DNA of 54,854 nucleotides from Caldilineales bacterium (GCA_038318235.1 JBBQBY010000001.1:1-54854), one strand, 5' to 3'. Counted from the first letter of the stretch, positions 32,315 through 41,961 are shown. The notes: generated from the letters alone by a model not told the origin. Made by a program: numbers and translations.

Positions 32315-32342
32315 AGTTTATGCACCACGATACTTTGGTCAA
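32315..32342 (-). promoter_or_regulatory. Candidate promoter TTGACC-16-TAAACT for the dehydrogenase-synthase-TPR block
   Basis: Reverse complement of 32337-32342 is TTGACC and of 32315-32320 is TAAACT. It lies about 95 nt upstream of the GTG at 32222. Confidence 0.3.
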
Positions 32343-33170
32343 TTGTGGTGTCTGGGCAATTTATAAAGAGTAGTGAAATCATTGATGGTTTATGTTAGTG
32401 ACTGCCAGAGAATTTACATCAGCTTGATTCATTCGATTTATGGTTGATTATTTTTTTATGTATTGATGATTGATATTGCTATAAAATGTGCCGATTGATA
32501 GGTAATATATACTAGACACGGGCATAGATGAGAATTTTTACGCTGTACCTACCAGAGAAAAAATTCTGTGAAATTTTATCATCTATGCCCCCAGACAGTA
32601 TAGCTAAAGATACGCCTAAGATTAGGGGTGGCATAATCAATTGTAGCAGGACGGACTTGAAGCGCGCGGTGGATCAATGCCAGCACTTATGAGCTTACGC
32701 TGGAAATCCATAAAAATTGATGAAAAAAGGCAAATATAAATAAATTAGTTACTCGATTATACTGGAAAAGTGTATAAGTAACTAGCCGTAAATTAATCAA
32801 ATCGCTTGCATAATGCTTACAAATTTTGACTTTAAAACTTGGCTGCTTTTGAGAAAATTGTATATGATATTTACCAGCAAACTTAATCTCAATATACCGG
32901 AGCGGGTTTGGCGGTTTCAGACAGGTAATATACGATTGATATACGATATATATACGGAACGCACTGAATAACCTTTGTTTGCACTATGAAAAACCATCAA
33001 TTAGCCTACGTATTTGGGATTGTTTATAATTTTGGTTAAATAAATAGATTTAAATATCAACCTAGCCAAATAAAAGGTCGTATTGATACGTATAACATTG
33101 GGGTTTTTATGCTACATCAAACGATCAGTAAGTGGGGTGCATATATGGGGGTAATGCTGAGGGGAAGCAA

Positions 33171-33262
33171 ATATGGTTCAACCGGATCGCAAAGGGGAAA
33201 TCGCTCAAATCTTCCTGGAAGCTGGTCAACCCCTAGAAATCCGCTTGAACCGCAATTATATT
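33171..33262. repeat. CTTCCWGGAAG-core palindromic element, short/single-core copy B1
   Basis: GGTTCAACCGGATCG...CTTCCTGGAAG...CCGCTTGAACC. The left half resembles the left half of the copy at 44203-44343. Confidence 0.55.
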
Positions 33263-33290
33263 AGGCAATGGGCAGAAATTAAAGTGAAAT

Positions 33291-33424
33291 TAGTTTGAAA
33301 ATGAGGGTTCTGAAGCTTCCTGGAAGCGGATACAGATGGCCGCGTTTACTGGAAAGTCGCTGTCCGCTTCCAGGAAGCTGGCTCGACGAAAACCACGGGT
33401 CTCTAGCTAATTTTACTTTAGAAT
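33291..33424. repeat. CTTCCWGGAAG-core palindromic element, copy B2 (inverted relative to copy A)
   Basis: GCTTCCTGGAAGCGG...CCGCTTCCAGGAAGCTGGCTCGACGAAAACCACGGGT. The reverse complement aligns with GTTTTCGTCGACGATCTTCCTGGAA of copy A. Confidence 0.7.
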
Positions 33425-33493
33425 GATCCTACCGTATAAAACTGCCCGCAAAACGATTAAATTGTTTTGCGGGCAGTTTTATACGGTAGGATC
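33425..33493. terminator. Perfect 30-bp-stem palindrome containing a bidirectional terminator core
   Basis: GATCCTACCGTATAAAACTGCCCGCAAAAC-gattaaatt-GTTTTGCGGGCAGTTTTATACGGTAGGATC. The inner CTGCCCGC/GCGGGCAG stem is flanked by A4/T4. It lies about 185 nt downstream of the aldehyde dehydrogenase stop. Confidence 0.6.
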
Positions 33494-33676
33494 AAAGGGG
33501 AATAAATTTTAGCGAAGGCAACAGCCTCAAACGCTAATGATTTCATCTGGGATAGTGCGATGCAGGTAAATATAGCGTGGGACAGTGTTTGTACTGCTCC
33601 GCTATCCCACTGTCTTACTTTCTTCATGACACACTGTATAACGCTCTCCGCCTAACTATCGTCCTGTCGCACACCA

Positions 33677-35200
33677 CTATCCGAACTGAATCCCTTGCGC
33701 CAACGGTAATGCGCCAGACCAATTGATCGTATTCGTCTGACGCCGCATATAACCTTTCCAGGCGTCCGAGCCAGATTCTCGTCCGCCACCCGTCTCTTTT
33801 TCGCCACCAAACGCGCCACCAATCTCCGCCCCACTGGTCCCGATATTGACATTAGCAATCCCGCAATCTGAACCGACATGCGATAAAAAGTGTTCAGACG
33901 TGAGCAAATTGGTGGTGAAAATTGCGCTGGATAACCCTTGTGGCACGGCATTATGCATGGCAATGGCTTCGTCCAGTGTTTCGAATGCCATCACATACAA
34001 GATCGGCGCAAAGGTTTCTTCACACACCAAGGCTGTCTGGCTTGGCATCCTGACAATCGTCGGTTCTACAAAATTGGGACCCTTTTCTGGCAAACGATGA
34101 CCGCCCGTGACGATTTCGCCGCCCTCTTGTTGCGCGGTTACCAAGGCCGCCAGCATGTTTTCAACCGCGAGTGCCGACGCCAACGGTCCCATCAATGTTG
34201 TCCCGGCCATTGGATCACCGATCGGTACACTTTTGTAGGCGCGTACAAGCCGCTCAAGCAAAGCGTCGATAATTCGCTGATCGGCCAGAATGCGCCGTGT
34301 AGACGTGCAGCGCTGACCGGCCGTGCCCACCGCCCCAAAGACAATCGCGCGTACCGCCAAATCTAAATCGGCATCGGCGGTGACAATAATCGCATTGTTG
34401 CCGCCCAACTCCAATATTGTCCGCCCCAACCGTGACGCTACCGTTTGTGCCACATGGCGACCCACGCGCACCGAGCCGGTAAAGCTGATCAGGGGCAAAC
34501 GCGCGTCACTAAGCATCCGTTCGCCGATCTCCTCGTTACTACCAATCGCCAGGGTAAATATCCCGCGCAGCCCATGATCGGCCATCACTTGGTTGGCAAT
34601 GTGCTGCACAGCCACGGCCACCAGTGGCGTGGTGGGGGATGGCTTCCAGATCATTGTATTCCCACAGACCGCGGCCAGCGCCGCGTTCCATGACCAGACC
34701 GCAACCGGAAAGTTGAAGGCCGTTACGATGCCGATTGGCCCTAGCGGATGCCACTGTTCATACATGCGATGGCCCGGTCGTTCCGAATGCATCGTCAAAC
34801 CGTATAACTGGCGCGACAGACCAACGGCAAAGTCGCAAACGTCAATCATTTCCTGGACTTCGCCCAATCCTTCGGCGCGAATTTTACCCATCTCCAGCGT
34901 AACCATTTCACCGAGCGGTTCTATAGCGTCGCGCAGCGCATTGCCAAGGTCACGGATAACCAGACCGCGTTTGGGCGCAGGCATCGTTCGCCAGGTTTGA
35001 AAGGCCGTTTGTGCTTGCTCAACCAGCTGATTATATGTCGCGCCTGTTACTTGAACGACACTGGCAATCGGCTCTCCGGTCGTTGGGTTATAGGAGTCCA
35101 ACTTTGTGCCTGCCGCATCCATAAGCCAACCATCGGGACCACTACACGCGCCCGGGTTGATCGTTTTTAAGTGGAGTTTTTCCAATAATGCCTTCATCAA
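33677..35200 (-). CDS. Aldehyde dehydrogenase, ALDH7/piperideine-6-carboxylate (aminoadipate-semialdehyde) dehydrogenase-like
   Basis: 507-aa product with ELGGNNA, the catalytic Cys in GQRCTS, and the antiquitin-like N-terminus (INPGACSGPDGW...YNPTTGEPIA). Confidence 0.85.
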   Translation of the reverse strand: MMKALLEKLHLKTINPGACSGPDGWLMDAAGTKLDSYNPTTGEPIASVVQVTGATYNQLVEQAQTAFQTWRTMPAPKRGLVIRDLGNALRDAIEPLGEMVTLEMGKIRAEGLGEVQEMIDVCDFAVGLSRQLYGLTMHSERPGHRMYEQWHPLGPIGIVTAFNFPVAVWSWNAALAAVCGNTMIWKPSPTTPLVAVAVQHIANQVMADHGLRGIFTLAIGSNEEIGERMLSDARLPLISFTGSVRVGRHVAQTVASRLGRTILELGGNNAIIVTADADLDLAVRAIVFGAVGTAGQRCTSTRRILADQRIIDALLERLVRAYKSVPIGDPMAGTTLMGPLASALAVENMLAALVTAQQEGGEIVTGGHRLPEKGPNFVEPTIVRMPSQTALVCEETFAPILYVMAFETLDEAIAMHNAVPQGLSSAIFTTNLLTSEHFLSHVGSDCGIANVNIGTSGAEIGGAFGGEKETGGGRESGSDAWKGYMRRQTNTINWSGALPLAQGIQFG

Positions 35201-35281
35201 TTGATCACTTTCGCTTGCTCCATAAGCCGGGTATCTTCAATGTCATTCAATTAGCCGCATGCCGTACTGGCTGTCTTGGGC

Positions 35282-36319
35282 TTAACGCACGCGGGCATGG
35301 TAACGTTCTACAAGGGTCTGGCCTGCGGGGCTGAGGACAAAATCAATAAACGATCGGGGCCAGCCGCGCGGTTGGCTGTTGCTGACAAGATAGAGCGGTT
35401 GGGTTAGAAAATAACGTTGATTCTTTACATTTTCAATCGATGGTAATTGATTTTCCAGCCGCACAACGCGCACTTGTTTTTGTCTGGCCTGATTGGCCGC
35501 GCTTGGCGTGGCCGAAGCATCCGCCGATTGTGCGGCTAGTGCGTCGATCACATAGGCCCGCGAAACATAACCAATCGCGCCTGGATTCTGCGCCACATAA
35601 TCAACCACATCCGCACTGCTTGGCATAACCACTGCCGTCAGTGCCACCGCTTCAGAGGCCATGACGCGCGACTCAAATAGATATCGGCTGCCGCTGCCAT
35701 CCTCGCGGCTCACCAACTGCACTTCGCCCGGCTCACCACCCAGCGTTGACCAATCGAGGATCCGACCGCTAAACAAATCGCGTAATTGCACAAGGGTGAG
35801 GTTTTCGATCTTATTGGCGGGGTCGACAATGATCGCCAACCCATCCACCCCAATCGGAATGTAGACAAATGTAGGTGATTTTGTTCTAAAAACTGGCGCT
35901 GGGCTAGAACCGCTTGCGGATGTGACTGCGGTTGCCGTAATCGTTGTGGCTGGGATCAGGGTACTGGCTGCTAGATCGACCTGACCCGCGCCCAATCGTT
36001 CCGCGCCAGCCACACTCGAACTGCCTAACCAATTGAAGAGGACGTTTGGATGTTGGCGGCTAAATTCGGCAGTGAGATCATAGAGCACCGGTTGCATGGC
36101 CGTTGCCCCGGCGATTGTAATTGTCGTTGGTTTCGGTGGGGTTACAGCGGCCTGTTCGCACGCCGCTAATACCAACATAATCCCAAGTGCGCAAAGCAAA
36201 ACAGGATGCCGGTAGCCGATCAACGCCCTTACCCTTTGGTTTAGCTCCATGTTAACTTTTTCTGTTCGCATCCGGCGCAAGCGTGTAAAAGCGTTCGGAT
36301 CTCGGCATATTGGCTTCAA
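35282..36319 (-). CDS. PstS-like (PBP_like_2) substrate-binding lipoprotein
   Basis: Lipobox VLAAC is present, with ITIAGATAMQPVL...GSSSVAGAERL...EDGSGSR...GAIGYVS typical of phosphate/anion-binding PBPs. The true start is probably internal (MELNQ, about 36250). The long ORF overlaps tgt by 4 nt. Confidence 0.65.
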   Translation of the reverse strand: MKPICRDPNAFTRLRRMRTEKVNMELNQRVRALIGYRHPVLLCALGIMLVLAACEQAAVTPPKPTTITIAGATAMQPVLYDLTAEFSRQHPNVLFNWLGSSSVAGAERLGAGQVDLAASTLIPATTITATAVTSASGSSPAPVFRTKSPTFVYIPIGVDGLAIIVDPANKIENLTLVQLRDLFSGRILDWSTLGGEPGEVQLVSREDGSGSRYLFESRVMASEAVALTAVVMPSSADVVDYVAQNPGAIGYVSRAYVIDALAAQSADASATPSAANQARQKQVRVVRLENQLPSIENVKNQRYFLTQPLYLVSNSQPRGWPRSFIDFVLSPAGQTLVERYHARVR

Positions 36320-37479
36320 GCCCGCTGCGCGGCTAAATATCGTTCACGTTGTTGATGGCGAACCACCTGATTGCTCATCTGATAACGGGCGAGAAAGGTC
36401 GTGCGAAATTCTGCGAATGTGCCGGCAGCCAGCCGCGCGCGAATCTGGCGCATCAGTTCTAGCATAAAGTGGACGTTGTGGATCGTGCCCAGGCGTAACC
36501 CCGTAATTTCGCCAGCTTTGTACAAATGACGCAGATAGGCACGACTGAAGGTGCGACAGGTGTAGCAGGTACAATCTTGCTGCACAGGCTGCGAATCTTC
36601 GGCGTATTGTGCATTGCGAATATTAAGCCGGCCGTCCGGCGTCAACAAAGCGCCATTACGGGCAATGCGGGTGGGCAATACGCAATCAAACATGTCGATG
36701 CCCCGATAAACGGCCTCCACAATATCTTCAGGCGCGCCGACGCCCATCAAATAGCGCGGTTTATGCACGGGCACAAAGGGACAAGTTTCGTCCAATGTCC
36801 TATACATTTCTTCTTTGGTCTCGCCCACAGCCAGACCACCAATGGCGTAGCCGGTAAAATCCAGTTCGCTCAAAAAGCGGGCGCTCTCCTGGCGCAAATC
36901 AGGAAAGACCCCGCCCTGCACAATCCCAAACAGCGCCTGATCCTGGCGCGTATGAGCATTTTTACAACGTTCCGCCCACCGATGTGTGCGCTGTAGCGCC
37001 TGCAACAGATAATTGCGATCAAGCGGATTGGCGCATTCGTCCAATACCATCGCAATATCCGGCCCCAGCGCTTCTTCAATCTCCATCACCAGTTCTGGTG
37101 TAAAGCGATGACGACTGCCATCGATGTGGCTGCGAAACGCGACGCCATCCTCATCCAACTTCATTTGATGACCCAAACTGAAAACTTGAAACCCGCCTGA
37201 GTCAGTCAAAATAGGACCATCCCACCCCATAAATTGATGGAGGCCACCAAATTTTTCAATCAAGCGATGGCCAGGTCTCAGGTAGAGATGATATGTATTG
37301 GCCAAAATTAATTCACAACCGGCGGCTTGGAGATCGCGCGGTTCAAGTGTTTTGACATTGGCTAGGGTGCCAACCGGGGCAAAGGCGGGCATTTGAATCG
37401 GGCCGTGGGGTGTTTGAAATGTACTAAGCCGGGCGGCGCCTTCGGTTTTGTGAAGGGTGAAGACAAAAGCAGGCTGCAT
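36316..37479 (-). CDS. tgt: tRNA-guanine transglycosylase (queuine tRNA-ribosyltransferase)
   Basis: LTDSGGFQVFSL catalytic motif, GLAVGE, and the Zn site CTCYTC...H are present. Length 387 aa. Confidence 0.95.
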   Translation of the reverse strand: MQPAFVFTLHKTEGAARLSTFQTPHGPIQMPAFAPVGTLANVKTLEPRDLQAAGCELILANTYHLYLRPGHRLIEKFGGLHQFMGWDGPILTDSGGFQVFSLGHQMKLDEDGVAFRSHIDGSRHRFTPELVMEIEEALGPDIAMVLDECANPLDRNYLLQALQRTHRWAERCKNAHTRQDQALFGIVQGGVFPDLRQESARFLSELDFTGYAIGGLAVGETKEEMYRTLDETCPFVPVHKPRYLMGVGAPEDIVEAVYRGIDMFDCVLPTRIARNGALLTPDGRLNIRNAQYAEDSQPVQQDCTCYTCRTFSRAYLRHLYKAGEITGLRLGTIHNVHFMLELMRQIRARLAAGTFAEFRTTFLARYQMSNQVVRHQQRERYLAAQRA

Positions 37480-37481
37480 AA

Positions 37482-39779
37482 TTACCCCGAAATTCCATTG
37501 ATCAGGTAACGACTATCGGTCTGATTGGTCAAAAGACTGGCGAGTGGGATCGAGCCATTGACACAAGTACCTTGGCCGAACTCGTTGCAAGGCGATTGAA
37601 TCGTGAGCCGACCACCGTGCATACTGGCGCGCTCATGCATGTTAAATAGGCCAAAACTGCCAAACTCGCCATACTTATCAATCGTGGCATCAAAATCAAA
37701 GCCGACGCCATCGTCTTCAATCTCAAAATAGAGGTTCTCACTGTCCACATGCACACGAATCCAGATATTCTTGGCTTTGGCATGTTTGCGAATATTATTG
37801 ACTGCTTCCTGAATAATACTAAAAACCGTGCTGGCGCCACTCATCGTCAAGGGCAGATCAAAGGGTAATATTTCCAGATGGATTTTTGATTCGAGCGACG
37901 CCTGCAACTGCCGATGATAGGCATGTAAGGCTGGAATCAAGCCACGGCTTTCCAGGATCACAGGCCGCAATTCAAAGAGTAGCGTTCGGATCTCACGGTT
38001 CGCTTGGCGCGCTAGCTCTTCAATTGCGTCGATCTCTAATTGGGCCTTCTCATAATTTTGATTGGTTAACTGACGGCGCGTCATGTCTAGATTCATAATG
38101 ATCAAGCTTAGCATTTGCGCTGTATTGTCATGCAACTCGCGCGCCAGTTGATGCCGTACCTCTTCCTGCGCCCGGATGATTCGTTCTTGCTCGGTGCGCA
38201 GATTTTGGTATAACTCGGCATTTTGCAAGGCAATCGCTGCATGGTTTGCGAAAGTTTGCAGCAAGGCCTGTTTTTCCCCATCAAAGGCCTGACCTTTTAA
38301 GGAATAGACCACAATCACACCGGTCACGCGCCCGCGATAACTTAAGGGAACGGCCGCCACGCTACTTTGATCCAAATCTGGATGATCTTCGCGCGCGACA
38401 TGCCGCCAGTCCAAATCTGCTCGCCGCACGGTCAACGAGCGGTTATACGTAACACTCCACCCCGCCAGCCCTGCATGAATTGGCATCATTCTTTCTGTTT
38501 TATCTGGATCCGCGCCAAATCCCGCCTTGGCAAAAAGTCGGAGGGCCTGTTTACGCGCATCAATTAACCAAAGCTCGCTGCGATCCGCCCCCGAAATCTC
38601 CAATACACTTTGCGTAATCGCATGCAAAACAACTGAAGCGTCCAACTCACTGTTAATTGTCTGGCTCACTTTATTCAAGGTCGCCAACTCATGCACCTTC
38701 ATCTGTTCACGCGCAAAGAGTTGGGCATTGTCCAATGCAATCGCAATCTGCTGCCCCAACATCGACAGCCATTCTACATCATCCGTGGTAAAACCACCTG
38801 GCGTCACTTTGTTGAGCAACTCAAGCACACCAATCGTGCGATCATGGGCCCGTAACGGCACACACAGAATGTCGTGCGTTGTAAACCCAGTCTGAGAATC
38901 GACCGCTGAATTAAAAAATTTGCTCTGGCTTGTATCGTTCACCACGAGCGACTCGCCATGCGTCGCCACCCAGCCAACTACCCCACTGTCTAATGGGATC
39001 CGCTGCTCTTCTAACAAATGGGCTGCGGCCCCTTTGGTAATCATAAAAACCAATTCCTGCCGGTCGTAATCGATACTAAACAGGGTGGCCGCTTCTGCAT
39101 TAATCACATACGCCGCCAACTCGGTGGTCTGATGGAAAACCGATTTCAGTTCCAGGCTGCTTGTGACTGATTGGGCAATTTGGTATAACAAATTGACCCG
39201 TTCTAATTGATCTCGGCTCGCGCGCAAATATTGGGCCCGCAAAGCGTTGCCGGCAAAGACCTGCACCGCAATATCAAGACTTGCCTGATCCAGGTTATTG
39301 GGCGCGCCATCAGCATCGAATAAAAAACTAATCGCACCACGAACAATTTGTTCCACCACGATTTGTATGTGCCGAATGGTGTTTTCATCGGTACCTGAGG
39401 CAATCGCTGTCCCATTCACTGCGTCATTGGCGCCACCCAAGGCAACCGGTGAATTTATCAGCGCTTGTTCCCATTGATCCAATTGATGAAGGCTGGTTTC
39501 GGTCCATTCACCCATGCGCGTCACTCGATGGCCGTAGTCTGGCCCTGGTTCAAATAGGTAGAGACTAGTGGCCTTCGCCGGTAATTGCTGGCAAAATAAT
39601 TGTAAACCGGTCTGCCAATAGTCAGACCACTCCTGTTGTTCAATGAGTGTGTTCAATTGACCAAATGCGGCCAGAAGCATGGTAATATTCACCGAACCTA
39701 AATGTTGATTCGCTTGTGATTGATCGTGTAATTGTGATTGATCGTGTAATGGGGTCTTCAAAGTATTCGATCCATTCAT
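37482..39779 (-). CDS. Multi-GAF sensor histidine kinase (HisKA_3/NarL-type partner class), no adjacent response regulator
   Basis: H-box ARELHDNTAQ, N-box IQEAVNNIRKHA and G1 DDGVGF are present. At least two GAF-like segments lie upstream. The N-terminus has a tandem duplication HDQSQLHDQSQ. Confidence 0.88.
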   Translation of the reverse strand: MNGSNTLKTPLHDQSQLHDQSQANQHLGSVNITMLLAAFGQLNTLIEQQEWSDYWQTGLQLFCQQLPAKATSLYLFEPGPDYGHRVTRMGEWTETSLHQLDQWEQALINSPVALGGANDAVNGTAIASGTDENTIRHIQIVVEQIVRGAISFLFDADGAPNNLDQASLDIAVQVFAGNALRAQYLRASRDQLERVNLLYQIAQSVTSSLELKSVFHQTTELAAYVINAEAATLFSIDYDRQELVFMITKGAAAHLLEEQRIPLDSGVVGWVATHGESLVVNDTSQSKFFNSAVDSQTGFTTHDILCVPLRAHDRTIGVLELLNKVTPGGFTTDDVEWLSMLGQQIAIALDNAQLFAREQMKVHELATLNKVSQTINSELDASVVLHAITQSVLEISGADRSELWLIDARKQALRLFAKAGFGADPDKTERMMPIHAGLAGWSVTYNRSLTVRRADLDWRHVAREDHPDLDQSSVAAVPLSYRGRVTGVIVVYSLKGQAFDGEKQALLQTFANHAAIALQNAELYQNLRTEQERIIRAQEEVRHQLARELHDNTAQMLSLIIMNLDMTRRQLTNQNYEKAQLEIDAIEELARQANREIRTLLFELRPVILESRGLIPALHAYHRQLQASLESKIHLEILPFDLPLTMSGASTVFSIIQEAVNNIRKHAKAKNIWIRVHVDSENLYFEIEDDGVGFDFDATIDKYGEFGSFGLFNMHERASMHGGRLTIQSPCNEFGQGTCVNGSIPLASLLTNQTDSRYLINGISG

Positions 39780-39901
39780 GCAGCACCATTTTTAACTAAG
39801 CCTACAGAAATATGTGCAAATTATAGGTAAAAGCAACCAAAGTATAGTAGAGTTTATTCCGATTTATTATTTGGATAGCAAAACAGAGCCAGATCGGTCT
39901 T

Positions 39902-39968
39902 GTAGGTGCGGTTTTTAACCGCACAACCTTGGTCAATCCAGACTTGTGCGGTTAAAAACCGCACCTAC
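39902..39968. repeat. REPIN-like element (GTAGGTGCGGTTTTTAACCGCAC family)
   Basis: GTAGGTGCGGTTTTTAACCGCAC...GTGCGGTTAAAAACCGCACCTAC, with outer unique arms TTATTCCGATTTA (about 39855-39867) / TAAATCGGAATAA (about 39981-39993). Confidence 0.8.
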
Positions 39969-40389
39969 AAATGCACAAAATTAAATCGGAATAAGGCCTA
40001 GTGATTGATTCCCAAGTTAGCTCATCATGGCAAGGCGCTGAGCAATATGTCCCACTTTTGATGAATAGGCAGGTTAATTTTACTCTAGTTTGCTAGAATT
40101 ACCCATTTCAAACTTGTTTTGTTAATGATTTTCTTACGGCTATCGTCATTCATAGGAGCTTGTACTAATTTCAGTACGCGAAGCTACAACTGCCCATTAT
40201 CAATCGAATTGCAGAAAGAAATTATTTATTGCCGAGTCTATTGGTCAGTGTAGGGAAAATTGCTGTTTCAAGCTATACAATTTATGCCTGCTGAACTTAC
40301 CTTACGGCAAACAAACAAATAGCTTACTAATTATTAATCGTTTTTTGGCTTCAATTCCTTCGCGCTGGTGTAAAACCTGTTTGAAACAA

Positions 40390-40430
40390 AACAAGGATGC
40401 CAGTGTTCATTGAACACTGGCATCCTTGTT
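40390..40430 (-). terminator. Intrinsic terminator of recA
   Basis: AACAAGGATGCCAGTGTTCA/TGAACACTGGCATCCTTGTT form near-perfect 20-nt arms. On the minus strand they are followed by TTTTGTTT. The element lies 50 nt after the recA stop. Confidence 0.8.
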
Positions 40431-40480
40431 ACCAATTATTTAAAACCACGGCCGCTTCTACGCAGCTGCCAATGTTACGC

Positions 40481-41614
40481 TTATGCAGCAATTTCTTCTT
40501 CAATCGTTTCGAACAAACCTAACTCAGGTAGTTGCACTTCGGGCAACGTAACCCCAGCTTTCGGGGTAAAATTGACTGGTAAACCAAAATTACTGCGAAT
40601 TCCCGCATCAATTTTGGCCATCAATTCTGGGTTGCTATCCAAGAATCCCTTGGCATTCTCACGCCCCTGGCCCAGGCGCAGTTCGCCATAGGTGAAGAAA
40701 CTGCCACGCTTGGTGATAATTTCTTGATCCACACCCAGATCCAGAATATCGCCGGCCGTGCTGATGCCTTCGTTGTACATAATATCGAACTCGGCGATCT
40801 TGAAGGGCGGTGCGACCTTGTTCTTCTTGACGGTCACCTTCGTGCGATTGCCGACCACCTCATCACCCTGCTTGATCGACTCGATGCGACGGATATCCAG
40901 GCGAACACTGGCATAGAACTTGAGCGCCATACCGCCGGTGGTCGTTTCTGGGTTACCAAACATGATGCCAATTTTCTGGCGCAGTTGATTGGTGAAGATC
41001 AAACAGGTGCTGGTGGATTTGACTGCGCCGGTCAATTTGCGCAATGCCTGGCTCATCAAGCGGGCTTGGAGGCCCACATGGCTATCGCCCATTTCACCTT
41101 CGATTTCCGCACGTGGCACCAGGGCCGCCACACTGTCGACCACCACGACATCCATCGCCCCTGAACGCACGAGGGCTTCGGTAATCTCAAGCGCCTGTTC
41201 ACCGGTATCGGGCTGGCTGACGTACAAACTATCTACATCAACCCCAATTTTGGCCGCATAGACCGGATCAAGTGCATGTTCCACATCAATAAAAGCACAG
41301 ATGCCGCCGGATTTTTGCGCCTCAGCAATGATGTGCAGACAAAGCGTAGTTTTACCAGAGCTTTCTGGGCCGTAAATCTCGACCACGCGGCCTTTGGGAA
41401 CGCCACCAATGCCAAGCGCCACGTCCAAACTCAGGCTGCCGGTAGAAATGGATTCAATCGTCAGGCGCGTCGCTTCACCCAACTTCATGACTACACCATC
41501 ACCATATTTCTTGTTCAGGTTGGCCAAGGTGGTTTCCAATGCCTTGACTTTGCCGCCATCCGTTATGTTTTCTGCTGGTTTGTGTTCAACCACAGCCTTC
41601 TTTGTTGGACGCAT
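40481..41614 (-). CDS. recA: Recombinase RecA
   Basis: Walker [20 protein letters not shown] and the L1/L2 regions are present. An AAGGAG RBS precedes the start. Length 377 aa. Confidence 0.97.
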   Translation of the reverse strand: MRPTKKAVVEHKPAENITDGGKVKALETTLANLNKKYGDGVVMKLGEATRLTIESISTGSLSLDVALGIGGVPKGRVVEIYGPESSGKTTLCLHIIAEAQKSGGICAFIDVEHALDPVYAAKIGVDVDSLYVSQPDTGEQALEITEALVRSGAMDVVVVDSVAALVPRAEIEGEMGDSHVGLQARLMSQALRKLTGAVKSTSTCLIFTNQLRQKIGIMFGNPETTTGGMALKFYASVRLDIRRIESIKQGDEVVGNRTKVTVKKNKVAPPFKIAEFDIMYNEGISTAGDILDLGVDQEIITKRGSFFTYGELRLGQGRENAKGFLDSNPELMAKIDAGIRSNFGLPVNFTPKAGVTLPEVQLPELGLFETIEEEIAA

Positions 41615-41797
41615 AATTACTCCTTGTATGTGCTATTTGTATGTGCTATTTGTATGCTATCTATAGGGTCGTTAAAAATTCACGATTCATGGCTCATTTC
41701 AGTTGCTCAACATGAGCGATCATTGGGGCTATCCCTGGCCGCAGTGCAACTCACTGGGCAGATATACCAATCGATCTTTTCAAAGCATTATAATCTA

Positions 41798-41826
41798 AGT
41801 ATAGCTCGAATGTTCTATTTTGTCAA
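41798..41826 (-). promoter_or_regulatory. recA promoter TTGACA-17-TATACT with an imperfect Cheo-like box in the spacer
   Basis: Reverse complement of 41821-41826 is TTGACA and of 41798-41803 is TATACT. The spacer contains AGAACATTCGAGC (GAAC-N4-GAGC, 2 mismatches from GAAC-N4-GTTC). Confidence 0.6.
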
Positions 41827-41961
41827 GTTGCTATCGTCAGATCAATCGAAAACTCAGCCCTTTGGGCCGGCTCAAATTCGGTCTAGATTTGACGGATGAC
41901 GCCGCCAACTCGCCGTTGCAACTACACATACAATCGTTGCTTTGTAACGATTCAGGCTCGG

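Noticed and set aside
32528-32695. 55-codon ORF in the AT-rich tract (MRIFTLYLPEKKFCEILSSMPPDSIAKDTPKIRGGIINCSRTDLKRAVDQCQHL)
   Set aside because: It has no RBS. Its start lies inside the left arm of a strong hairpin, so the structure explains the sequence better than coding does. It cannot be excluded without expression data.
33652-33963. 103-aa minus-strand ORF overlapping the 3' end of the aldehyde dehydrogenase
   Set aside because: It is an alternative frame of the same strand within a well-supported gene, and it has no independent signals.
1198-39968. Possibility that the repeated GTAGGTGCGGTTTTTAACCGCAC units form a CRISPR array
   Set aside because: The units occur as inverted pairs about 20 nt apart at loci many kilobases from each other, not as regularly spaced direct repeats. 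There is no leader and no cas genes.
41276-41899. 207-aa plus-strand ORF overlapping recA and its promoter
   Set aside because: It is antisense to recA, which is unambiguous, and it runs through the recA 5' UTR and promoter.
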